Source: Nitrosococcus oceani ATCC 19707
GTDB taxonomy: Bacteria > Pseudomonadota > Gammaproteobacteria > Nitrosococcales > Nitrosococcaceae
DNA: 32,000 bases
Assembly (NCBI RefSeq): GCF_000012805.1
Contig: NC_007484.1
Location: 750,001 to 782,000 of the forward strand
Reading direction: 5' to 3'
The translations under genes and the position numbers were made by a program. The notes under the pieces were generated by a model. That model was not told the origin of the DNA. It did no database searches and was given only the letters and a program-made list of their open reading frames with translations. Positions within the stretch are counted from its first letter, which is position 1. The number at the start of each line of letters is the position of its first letter. This document shows positions 16,858 to 25,263 of this stretch, in pieces.

Positions 16858-17933
16858 GCCCCATGCCGTTGCGCGACCGCATTACCAATTATCTGCGAAA
16901 GAGAGCCCGGATGAATGCCTCATTACGTGGAAATGGACTAGTTGAGCGGCTTGTGCGCGATCTCCAATGTGATCGCACGGAGGTACTTCGCGAATTCCGG
17001 GAACTGCGCGCAGAAGGAATCCTTGTATGCGACGATTGGCTGCGAGAAGAGCCCCTCAGCAAGGTAACCGTCAATCTTCCGGAAGAATCCAACCCAACGG
17101 TCAAGCTTTGGCACGCTGTGCTGGAACAGGCGGCTAAAATACAGGGCGAATTCGCCGCATTGGAACCTTTGGGTGAAATTATGGAAGGGCTCCATGCGTC
17201 CGAGATGACGGGGCTATTGAATGGTCTCGTCTCGTTGAAGCAAGACCAAGAGCGTCTGCATAACACACCTAGGTTTGAGGTCAGTGCCCGGTATCTACTC
17301 GGCTCATCCAAGTTGCTGGACGCTTTGCCAACTGCATCTTTGCGGCAGTTCGGCATTGATGTCAATCGTTTTCCGGCCTTTCCCGGATATGTCATGGTGG
17401 CCGGCCCACCGGATCCTTGTGTAGTAGTCTTAGTTGAGAACCCACACGCCTTTGAGTGTGCACTCGATGCCCGGGGTACAGATAGAGCGGCTTGGGTGTG
17501 CACCTATGGTTATGGGCTGAGTCTGAAGTACAGCCAACATGGTGAGCAGCTTGCCGCGATTCTTGAGAGCCGGATTCCGCCGAGGACAGTGGTTCGAAAA
17601 GGCAGCCCACCTAGTTGGGACACGCTTCTTCGTCATGACTGGATTCGCTTTTGGGGGGATCTAGACTTTGAGGGCCTTGCGATCTTCGAAAGGCTACGTA
17701 GGTACAATCCGAGCATAGTATTGAGCGGACTCTATAAGCCGATGGTTGATTGTTTGCGCGAAGGTGAAGGGCATCCGTACTGTAAGGCCGTGGGGAAGAC
17801 AGGACAGGCGCCCAATAAGTATGGCAATGATATTGCGCCATTATTAGCCCTCTGCCTGGAGCAAGCGGTGGATCAGGAGTTTGTGTCGAAAAGCCAGATT
17901 TCACAGTGGTGGGATACTGAGCTTGAGATCTGA
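16854..17933 (+). CDS. jetD: Toprim-motif protein (JetD/MksG-like putative nuclease), 359 aa
   Basis: It has an ATGA start/stop overlap with jetC. The C-terminal half carries Toprim-like motifs spaced as in the TopoVI-A/JetD fold: VVVLVENPHAFE (E195, 17436-17438) and FWGDLDFEGLAIFERLR (D269-x-D271, 17658-17666). Confidence 0.7.
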   Translation: MSPMPLRDRITNYLRKRARMNASLRGNGLVERLVRDLQCDRTEVLREFRELRAEGILVCDDWLREEPLSKVTVNLPEESNPTVKLWHAVLEQAAKIQGEFAALEPLGEIMEGLHASEMTGLLNGLVSLKQDQERLHNTPRFEVSARYLLGSSKLLDALPTASLRQFGIDVNRFPAFPGYVMVAGPPDPCVVVLVENPHAFECALDARGTDRAAWVCTYGYGLSLKYSQHGEQLAAILESRIPPRTVVRKGSPPSWDTLLRHDWIRFWGDLDFEGLAIFERLRRYNPSIVLSGLYKPMVDCLREGEGHPYCKAVGKTGQAPNKYGNDIAPLLALCLEQAVDQEFVSKSQISQWWDTELEI

Positions 17934-17970
17934 TCCTTGGAATTAAACATTCATGTTTAATTCCAAGGAT
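17933..17970. repeat. Perfect 18-bp-stem palindrome (ATCCTTGGAATTAAACAT-TC-ATGTTTAATTCCAAGGAT) containing the right copy of the 29-bp direct repeat (17942-17970)
   Basis: Read directly from the sequence. It starts at the last base of the jetD stop codon and no T-tract follows it. Confidence 0.85.
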
Positions 17971-18108
17971 AACCAGAAGTACCTGAAATAGCAGGCTTGG
18001 CTGCTGTAAACTTAGTATATGCTCTATTTCAAGACTATTTGGGAGCATGCCAGCAAATAGCCTTTTTTCAGCAAAATATCAGATCAAATCGTGCGCTCTA
18101 CCTAAATT

Positions 18109-19437
18109 CTAGCCACCCATCCCCTGCAAGCGATCCATGGTTGTAGGCAGCCAGAGTCCTATTTCGGGAAAGACCAACAGGAGTGCCAGGGTAATGAGCT
18201 GGATAGCCACAAAGGGCAGTATGCCGCGATAGAGGTGGGTGATATGGACTTCAGGGGGGGCTACCGCCTTTAAATAAAATAGGGAAAAGCCAAAGGGCGG
18301 CGTGAGAAAAGAGGTTTGCAAGTTAAGCGCAATCAATACCGCAAACCAGAGCGGGTTAAGCCCTAGGTGGATAGCCACGGGGGTAAGAATGGGGACCACA
18401 ATAAAGCAAATTTCAAGGAAATCCAGAAAAAATCCCAGCAAGAAAATTAGTAACATGCTGAGGGCGAGGAAAGTCCAGCTTCCTCCCGGCAGTCCCGTCA
18501 TTAATTCCAAGACCAGAGTGTCACCTCCCATTCCCCGAAAAACCAGGCCAAAAGCAGTGGCGCCAATTAAGATAATAAACACCATACTGGTCAGGCGTAC
18601 GGTCTGGGCGCTAGCTGCGTGCAAGTTAGCCAGTGTTAGCCGCCGGTGCCAGAGCGCCAGGAGGATTGCGCCGAGAGCGCCCACAGCTGCCGACTCGGTG
18701 GGGGAAGCAATGCCAAAAAAAATGGAGCCTAATACCGCGATTACTAAGGTTAGTGGAGGAATAAGACTTTTCGCTACCCGCCGTCCTAAGCTGGGGTTAC
18801 CCTGGGATACCACCCTATTCAGAGCTGGCGCAGCCTCTGGTCGCCGCCAGGCGGTTATCGCGATATGGAAAATATAGAGCAGGATTAGCAGAACTCCAGG
18901 GACGACTGCCGCCATAAATAACTGGCCTACCGCTACCCCCATCACGTCTCCTAATAGAATCAGCACAATGCTAGGAGGGATGATCTGCCCTAATGTACCT
19001 GCAGAGGCAATAGTCCCTGTCGCCAGCTCCTTGGCGTAGCCATGTTTGAGCATGGAGGGTAAAGCAATAATCCCCATGGTGACTACCGTAGCGCCCACTA
19101 CCCCCGTCGTTGCCGCCAACAAGGCGCCTACCACAACGATGGAGATTCCTAATCCTCCCCGCAACCGGCCAAACAATAAACCCATGGTTTCCAGCAGATC
19201 TTCGGCTAACCCTGATTTCTCTAGGATGACTCCCATAAATACAAACAAGGGCACCGCCAATAAAGTGAAATTGGTCATGATGCCCCAGATACGTAGGGGC
19301 AAAAGCCGGAAGAAATCCATATCCAGGAATATTGCGCCGAAAGCTAGCGCAACACCGCCCAGGGTGAAGGCAACCGGATAGCCCAATAGCAGCAGTGCAA
19401 ATAGCACTGCGAACATGACTAGCGCCCAAACTTCCAT
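18109..19437 (-). CDS. dctM: TRAP transporter large permease subunit (DctM family)
   Basis: A 442-aa polytopic membrane protein with the typical DctM N-terminus (..FALLLLGYPVAFTLGG..). It shares one base (19437) with the upstream small-permease gene. Confidence 0.85.
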   Translation of the reverse strand: MEVWALVMFAVLFALLLLGYPVAFTLGGVALAFGAIFLDMDFFRLLPLRIWGIMTNFTLLAVPLFVFMGVILEKSGLAEDLLETMGLLFGRLRGGLGISIVVVGALLAATTGVVGATVVTMGIIALPSMLKHGYAKELATGTIASAGTLGQIIPPSIVLILLGDVMGVAVGQLFMAAVVPGVLLILLYIFHIAITAWRRPEAAPALNRVVSQGNPSLGRRVAKSLIPPLTLVIAVLGSIFFGIASPTESAAVGALGAILLALWHRRLTLANLHAASAQTVRLTSMVFIILIGATAFGLVFRGMGGDTLVLELMTGLPGGSWTFLALSMLLIFLLGFFLDFLEICFIVVPILTPVAIHLGLNPLWFAVLIALNLQTSFLTPPFGFSLFYLKAVAPPEVHITHLYRGILPFVAIQLITLALLLVFPEIGLWLPTTMDRLQGMGG

Positions 19438-19976
19438 TATTGGGTGGTCTCCGAAATGTGCCGCAGCTTTAGTAAGTTGCGGATAAAATCAGCTACGCCT
19501 TGGAGTGCGAGCAAACTAAAGGCAAGGGGAATGACCGCTTTTAGAAGATAGCGATCAGGGAGGCCACCGGGATCAGGAGAGCCTTCGTTTTGCAAAAAGG
19601 CATTACGGACAAAAGGCCAGGAAGCGGTAATAATGATGAGGCAGAAAGGGAGAAGAAAGATAAGGGTGCCGAGGAGATTGATCCAGATTCGCGCTCGGAG
19701 GCTTAACCATTTATCCTGATGAAAAATATCGACCCGCACGTGGCCATCATCCTTTAAGGTGGGCGCGGCGCCCAATAAAAAGATAAGGGCAAAGAGATGC
19801 CATTCCAATTCCTGCAAGGCCACCGAGCCGTTGTGGAAAAGGTAGCGCATGCTGACGTCATAACAGACTAATAACACCAAAAGCAGGACTAGCCAGGCAA
19901 CTAGGTGGCCTATCCTAGCGCTTAATTTATCGGCAAAAGTTACAAACCGTTGGAGTTTTTGTTCTGGAAATTCCAT
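19437..19976 (-). CDS. dctQ: TRAP transporter small permease subunit (DctQ family)
   Basis: 179 aa with four predicted TM helices and a DGHVRVDIF-type motif. It lies directly upstream of dctM. Confidence 0.7.
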   Translation of the reverse strand: MEFPEQKLQRFVTFADKLSARIGHLVAWLVLLLVLLVCYDVSMRYLFHNGSVALQELEWHLFALIFLLGAAPTLKDDGHVRVDIFHQDKWLSLRARIWINLLGTLIFLLPFCLIIITASWPFVRNAFLQNEGSPDPGGLPDRYLLKAVIPLAFSLLALQGVADFIRNLLKLRHISETTQ

Positions 19977-19981
19977 ATTTT

Positions 19982-20449
19982 TTATTCGGTTGTTGCTGTT
20001 TGAACTGCTGGCGGAATCTGCAAGGTAAAAGTGACAGGGCCATCATTGGTCAGGGAGAGCTGCATGTGGGCGCCGAAGCGGCCTGCCGCGCATCTAGAGT
20101 AACGGGCCTTAGCCTGGGCAAATAGATATTCGAATATTTGCTTACCCAATGGGGGTGGGGCGGCCGGAGTAAAGCTGGGACGGGTTCCTTTGCCGGTATC
20201 GGCTGCCAAGGTGAATTGGGGCACCACCAAGAGAGCGCCTTCCACATCGGCCAGGCTCAGGTTCATGTGTCCTTTGGAGTCGGCAAATACCCGGTAACTC
20301 AATAGACGTTCTAGGAGCCGTTCGGCTTGGGGTGGGCCATCGCCCCGCTCGATTCCCACCAACACCACTAATCCGGGACCGATGCGCGCAATAACTTCTC
20401 CCGCGACGGTGACTTGAGCCTGGGTGACTCGTTGCAGCAAAGCAATCAC
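19982..20449 (-). CDS. dtd: D-aminoacyl-tRNA deacylase
   Basis: MIALLQRVTQAQVTV.GEV...IG.GL.VL.G.E..D.., ..VVPQFTLAADT.KG.RPSF.. and ..NDGPVTF.LQ are collinear with E. coli Dtd. Confidence 0.9.
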   Translation of the reverse strand: MIALLQRVTQAQVTVAGEVIARIGPGLVVLVGIERGDGPPQAERLLERLLSYRVFADSKGHMNLSLADVEGALLVVPQFTLAADTGKGTRPSFTPAAPPPLGKQIFEYLFAQAKARYSRCAAGRFGAHMQLSLTNDGPVTFTLQIPPAVQTATTE

Positions 20450-20458
20450 TGGTTGGTT

Positions 20459-21403
20459 TTACCCTACCCGCCTTGCCATGAGGTTCGTTGCCCGAATTAG
20501 CGCGTCCGCGATGGCTGGCTCGGTTGCTCCATGGCCGGCTAGGGGCACGATTTGCAGCTCGGATGAAGGCCAGGCTTGATGCAGCTCCCAGGCATTGCCG
20601 GCAGGGCAAATGACATCATAGCGGCCATGGACGATGATTCCAGGAATATTTTTTAATTGATGGGCATGATCGAGTATCTGATTGGGTTGAATAAAGTAAT
20701 GATGTCTGGCGTAGTGAATAAGCAAACGGGCGTGGGCTAGCAGTGTGGTGCGGCCTGATTGGGAAGGTGCCTCGCTGTTGACAAGGCGCATACAACTGGA
20801 CTCCCAGGCATGTAGGGCCTTAGCCGCCGCCATCTGGGCCAGCTCGTCGGGACCCTTAAGACGGTGGTGGAAGAATTCTATGAGGTTATTTCTCTCCTCG
20901 GCGGGAATATCCTCTACCAAGGCCGCCCAAGCATCGGGAAAAATTCGCGGCGCGCCCTCTTGCAGGAACCAGCGGGTGTCTTGCTCCCGGCCCAGGAAGA
21001 TGCCGCGTAAAATGAGCCCTAAAACCCGGCTTGGATGAGTTTCTCCGTAGAGTAGCCCGAGGGCGGCGCCCCAGGAGCCACCAAAAATAAGCCAGCGCTC
21101 AATCTCTAAGTGGTTGCGGATAAATTCCATATCCGCAAGTAGCGCTGTAGTGGTATTTTTCTCCAACTCGCCATGGGGTTGGGATCTGCCGCAACCACGC
21201 TGATCGAATAAAATTACCCGATAAATGTCGGGATCAAAAAAGCAGCGGTGATGGGGTTGGCAGCCACTACCTGGCCCTCCGTGGAGAAAGAGGATGGGGA
21301 GTCCTCCCGGGTGGCCGCATTCCTCGACATAGAGTTCATGGGGCGGGTCCACCGTTAGGGTATGGCGTACATAAGGCTTGATGTCGGGATAGAGAGTCAG
21401 CAT
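20459..21403 (-). CDS. pip: Prolyl aminopeptidase (proline iminopeptidase), alpha/beta hydrolase
   Basis: Motifs: LYPDIKPY.., LFLHGGPGSG, the nucleophile elbow GGSWGA, and a C-terminal ..GH....EP. Confidence 0.85.
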   Translation of the reverse strand: MLTLYPDIKPYVRHTLTVDPPHELYVEECGHPGGLPILFLHGGPGSGCQPHHRCFFDPDIYRVILFDQRGCGRSQPHGELEKNTTTALLADMEFIRNHLEIERWLIFGGSWGAALGLLYGETHPSRVLGLILRGIFLGREQDTRWFLQEGAPRIFPDAWAALVEDIPAEERNNLIEFFHHRLKGPDELAQMAAAKALHAWESSCMRLVNSEAPSQSGRTTLLAHARLLIHYARHHYFIQPNQILDHAHQLKNIPGIIVHGRYDVICPAGNAWELHQAWPSSELQIVPLAGHGATEPAIADALIRATNLMARRVG

Positions 21404-21471
21404 CCAATATTTCGCCTACAATTCATATTTGTGGACATAATAATACTATTGTACTCAAATGGGCTCAAAAT

Positions 21472-22641
21472 ATGATTTTGCATGAATTTCAGGCTAAATG
21501 CCTATTCTCGGATTATGGGATTCCCGTTCCTTCCGGAGGTCCCGCTGGGTCCGTGGAGGAAGCTCGCGCATGGGCGCGGAAGTTAGGGGGTGAGCGCTGG
21601 GTAGTCAAAGCCCAAATTCATGCTGGGGGGCGTGGCAAGGCTGGTGGAGTGCGCGTAGTTTCCAGTGCGGAGGAATTATCGGGCTTTTGTTCCCATTTGC
21701 TGGGGACCCGTTTAGTGACGGCGCAAACCGATGCCGCAGGGTTGCCGGTGCAAAGCCTCTTGGTGGAACAGCCAGCGGCGATAGCCCGGGAATTTTATCT
21801 TGCCGCAACCTTGGACCGCCAGTTGGAGCGGGTGGTCATCATGGCTTCAAGCCGTGGTGGGGTAGACATTGAACAGGTAGCAGCGAAGTATCCCGGCGAG
21901 ATTCTCCGATTGGCAGTCCATCCCATAGTGGGGTTACAGCCTTATCAGTGTCGGCGGGTGGGCTTTGCTTTTGGATTAACTTCGGAACAGCGTCGGCAAC
22001 TCGTCCAGATCATGGAGAAAATGTACCGCTTGTTTCTGGAACGAGATGCTAACCTGGTGGAGATGAATCCGTTAGTGGTGACGGAGCAGGGCGATTTGCT
22101 TGCTTTGGATGCCAAGGTGGTCCTGGATGATAATGCCGCTTTCCGGCACGCTGCTTGGGAGGCGTTACGCGACCCTACCCAAGAAAATCAGAAAGAAGTT
22201 GAAGCCCGGACCCATGGTTTAAGCTACATTGCGCTGGAAGGGGATATTGCCTGTATGGTCAATGGGGCAGGTCTGGCCATGGCGACTATGGACTTGATAA
22301 AGCTCCAGAAGGGCGAGCCAGCTAATTTCCTTGATGTGGGGGGTACAGCGACGGCTGAACGGGTGACCGAAGCTTTTAAGTTGATCCTTACCGATACTAA
22401 GGTGAAGTCGATTCTGGTCAATATTTTTGGCGGTATCGTTCGCTGTGATCTGATTGCGGAAGGGATTATTCAGGCAATGCAAGAGGTAGAGATTCAGTTA
22501 CCGGTCGTGGTGCGTTTGGAAGGCACGAATGCCAAACAGGGCCGTACCCTATTACGGGAGAGCGGAATGAAGCTAATTACGGCGGATAATTTGACGGATG
22601 CCGCACGCAAAGCAGTCGCTGCGGCGGGGGAGAGGGCATGA
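21472..22641 (+). CDS. sucC: Succinate--CoA ligase (ADP-forming) subunit beta
   Basis: [20 protein letters not shown].. and ..[17 protein letters not shown].. are collinear with SucC. Confidence 0.95.
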   Translation: MILHEFQAKCLFSDYGIPVPSGGPAGSVEEARAWARKLGGERWVVKAQIHAGGRGKAGGVRVVSSAEELSGFCSHLLGTRLVTAQTDAAGLPVQSLLVEQPAAIAREFYLAATLDRQLERVVIMASSRGGVDIEQVAAKYPGEILRLAVHPIVGLQPYQCRRVGFAFGLTSEQRRQLVQIMEKMYRLFLERDANLVEMNPLVVTEQGDLLALDAKVVLDDNAAFRHAAWEALRDPTQENQKEVEARTHGLSYIALEGDIACMVNGAGLAMATMDLIKLQKGEPANFLDVGGTATAERVTEAFKLILTDTKVKSILVNIFGGIVRCDLIAEGIIQAMQEVEIQLPVVVRLEGTNAKQGRTLLRESGMKLITADNLTDAARKAVAAAGERA

Positions 22642-23513
22642 GTATCTTGGTTGATAAGCAGACACGGGTCATTTGCCAAGGTTTTACGGGTAAGCAAGGC
22701 ACTTTCCATTCCCGGCAAGCCTTAGAGTATGGCACGCAGCTGGTGGGCGGCGTAACGCCAGGCAAGGGAGGGCAGACGCATCTAGGGCAGCCTGTATTCA
22801 ACACGGTAGCGGAGGCGGTAGAGGCGACCGGCGCTAACGCCACCATGATCTATGTTCCCGCAGCTTTTGCCGCCGATGCTATTTTAGAGGCCGCGGATGG
22901 GGGAGTCCCCCTTATCGTGTGTATTACCGAGGGGATTCCCGTTCTTGATATGCTCAGGGTTAAAGCCGCTCTGGCAGGTCTCCCATCCTATCTAGTAGGA
23001 CCTAATTGCCCTGGTATTATTACTCCCGGGGCTTGTAAAATCGGTATTATGCCAGGCGATATTCATCAAGCGGGCCGGATTGGCATCGTTTCCCGCTCAG
23101 GCACCCTTACCTATGAGGCAGTCTATCAAACGAGCCGAAAAGGGCTGGGTCAAAGTACCTGTGTGGGGATTGGAGGGGATCCTATCCAAGGTATGAGCTT
23201 TGTCGATTGCCTGACTCTTTTTGAGCAAGATCCCCAGACTGAGGGGGTGATTCTAGTGGGTGAAATAGGTGGCAGTGCTGAAGAAGAAGCCGCCGAATAT
23301 ATTCAGCATCATGTTAGCAAACCTGTTGTTGCCTATATCGCGGGGTTGACGGCCCCCAAGGGCAAACGTATGGGACATGCTGGCGCCATTATCAGTGGTG
23401 GTAAGGGAACGGCGGAAGGTAAGTTGAAAGCATTATCCGCGGCGGGTGTGTCTATTGCTCATTCACCGGCCGAGATGGGAGAGTGTATGGAACAGGCCAT
23501 GGGCGATAGGTAA
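22638..23513 (+). CDS. sucD: Succinate--CoA ligase subunit alpha
   Basis: [45 protein letters not shown].. and the phosphohistidine loop ..[11 protein letters not shown].. are present. It has an ATGA overlap with sucC. Confidence 0.95.
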   Translation: MSILVDKQTRVICQGFTGKQGTFHSRQALEYGTQLVGGVTPGKGGQTHLGQPVFNTVAEAVEATGANATMIYVPAAFAADAILEAADGGVPLIVCITEGIPVLDMLRVKAALAGLPSYLVGPNCPGIITPGACKIGIMPGDIHQAGRIGIVSRSGTLTYEAVYQTSRKGLGQSTCVGIGGDPIQGMSFVDCLTLFEQDPQTEGVILVGEIGGSAEEEAAEYIQHHVSKPVVAYIAGLTAPKGKRMGHAGAIISGGKGTAEGKLKALSAAGVSIAHSPAEMGECMEQAMGDR

Positions 23514-23741
23514 GAGAAATAAAACCAATGTTTGAAATGTTGCTTTGCCGTTGAATTCGCGCTAGAGTTTCCCCTCTCATAGAGGGTTATGAGTCGAGCA
23601 GAAACGATAAAATTCCTGATGTTACGGTAAAAAATTACCCCAGAGAAATTATGGGGAAACAGCGATTTATCAGATAGGTAAGATTGAGTAAGGGGCAAAA
23701 TTGAGACTGGTTATGATAAAACTCCAAATTTTAAAGAGTAG

Positions 23742-24083
<342 letters not shown>

Positions 24084-24395
24084 GCGGTGGCGCTTTCCTC
24101 AAAAGGTCAATTGGGTTTAAGGGCGGTATTTCGAGAGGAAGGAGAGACTGCTCGCCAGCCGGGAGGCAGCGGCTTCGTGGGGAAGGGTGGCAATTAATTT
24201 AGTTATTGTTCCTGCAGCATGCCCTCCTCGACATCAGGGAAAAATAAGGCTAGGGTTTTTATCCTGGCGGGACTTTTCTTCCGCACGGAGGCATGAAATT
24301 GTCTTTTTTTCAGGGAAGGCCCGTCCTACAGCCACCTACGGGGAAGGTTGGCGTTATGATTCTTGAGGGCGTTTTACTGCAAATAACCTACAATT

Positions 24396-25181
24396 CTATT
24401 TTACTGCTTTAAGCATCCTCGCCTTGGCAATACCAGGATGTCCTGGAAAGCTAGCTTCCAGCACTCGCAGGGTATCTTCCTTTAGCTCATTTAAGCCAAG
24501 AATTTCATATCCCCGTGCCATAATGGTAAGTGCTTCAGGCACCGGGGGAGTGCGCTGGTAATTTTCCACGACATATTTGGCGCGATTGATGGCTCCAATA
24601 TAGGCACCCCGTCGCATATAATAGTGGGCCACATTAATTTCGTGTTGTGCGAGCCGATTACGCAGGTAGACGATGCGTTGGGCGCTGTCTTCGGCATATT
24701 TGCTATCAGGGAAGCGCTGAATCAATGTCTTGAAACTCTTGAGGGCATTCCGGGCGGATTCTGGGTCTCGCTGGGTCTCATCCCGGGGAATATATTTTTC
24801 TACGAGCCCAACTCCGCGATGAAAGCTTACCAACCCTTTAAGGTAATGAGCGTAATCCATATGAGAGTTGAGAGGATACAAGCGAATGAAACGGTCTAAC
24901 GCGGCAAGCGCCGATTCGGGTTCATTGAATTTGTAGTAGGCATAAGCGGACTCTAGGAGTGCTTGCTGGGCATAAGCGCCAAAGGGATAACGGGCTTCGA
25001 GCTGCTCATAGAAAGAGATGGCTTTTTGGTAATCGCCGGCATCAAGAGCGGTTTTGGCCTCGGCATAGAAGCGTTCAACAGTCCAATCAGCTTCCGGCTG
25101 CTTGGGGGGAGGTTTGTCAAGCCAAGCACATCCTCCAAGCCATAGAACTAGGCACAAGGACAGAAATTTAAGAAACCACAT
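24396..25181 (-). CDS. bamD: Outer membrane protein assembly factor BamD (TPR lipoprotein)
   Basis: The lipobox is LWLGGC. Also present are ..FYEQLEARYPFGAYAQQALLESAYAYYK.., ..RFIRLYP.. and ..VAHYYMRRGAYIGAINR.., collinear with BamD/YfiO. Confidence 0.85.
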   Translation of the reverse strand: MWFLKFLSLCLVLWLGGCAWLDKPPPKQPEADWTVERFYAEAKTALDAGDYQKAISFYEQLEARYPFGAYAQQALLESAYAYYKFNEPESALAALDRFIRLYPLNSHMDYAHYLKGLVSFHRGVGLVEKYIPRDETQRDPESARNALKSFKTLIQRFPDSKYAEDSAQRIVYLRNRLAQHEINVAHYYMRRGAYIGAINRAKYVVENYQRTPPVPEALTIMARGYEILGLNELKEDTLRVLEASFPGHPGIAKARMLKAVK

Positions 25182-25263
25182 GCTGTTAGATTACCCTAAC
25201 TGGGGGCAGGAGCAAAGCAGATACTGAGCAAAACCAAAAACTATACTGAGAAATAATATTTTT

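Noticed and set aside
9925-17970. Flanking palindromic repeats as integron attC sites (gene cassette)
   Set aside because: The arms ATTAAAC/GTTTAAT each miss the RYYYAAC/GTTRRRY core consensus by one position. An 8-kb four-gene cassette would be atypical, and there is no intI or attI in the window.
17933-17970. The palindrome as a plain rho-independent terminator
   Set aside because: The stem is AT-rich and perfect for 18 bp, but no T/U tract follows on either strand. It is kept as a finding rather than annotated as a terminator.
16889-18048. 204-aa (16889-17503) and 145-aa (17611-18048) minus-strand ORFs inside the jetD-like gene
   Set aside because: They are antisense to a gene with recognisable Toprim motifs and operon coupling. 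The translations are Ser/Arg/Pro-rich and lack features.
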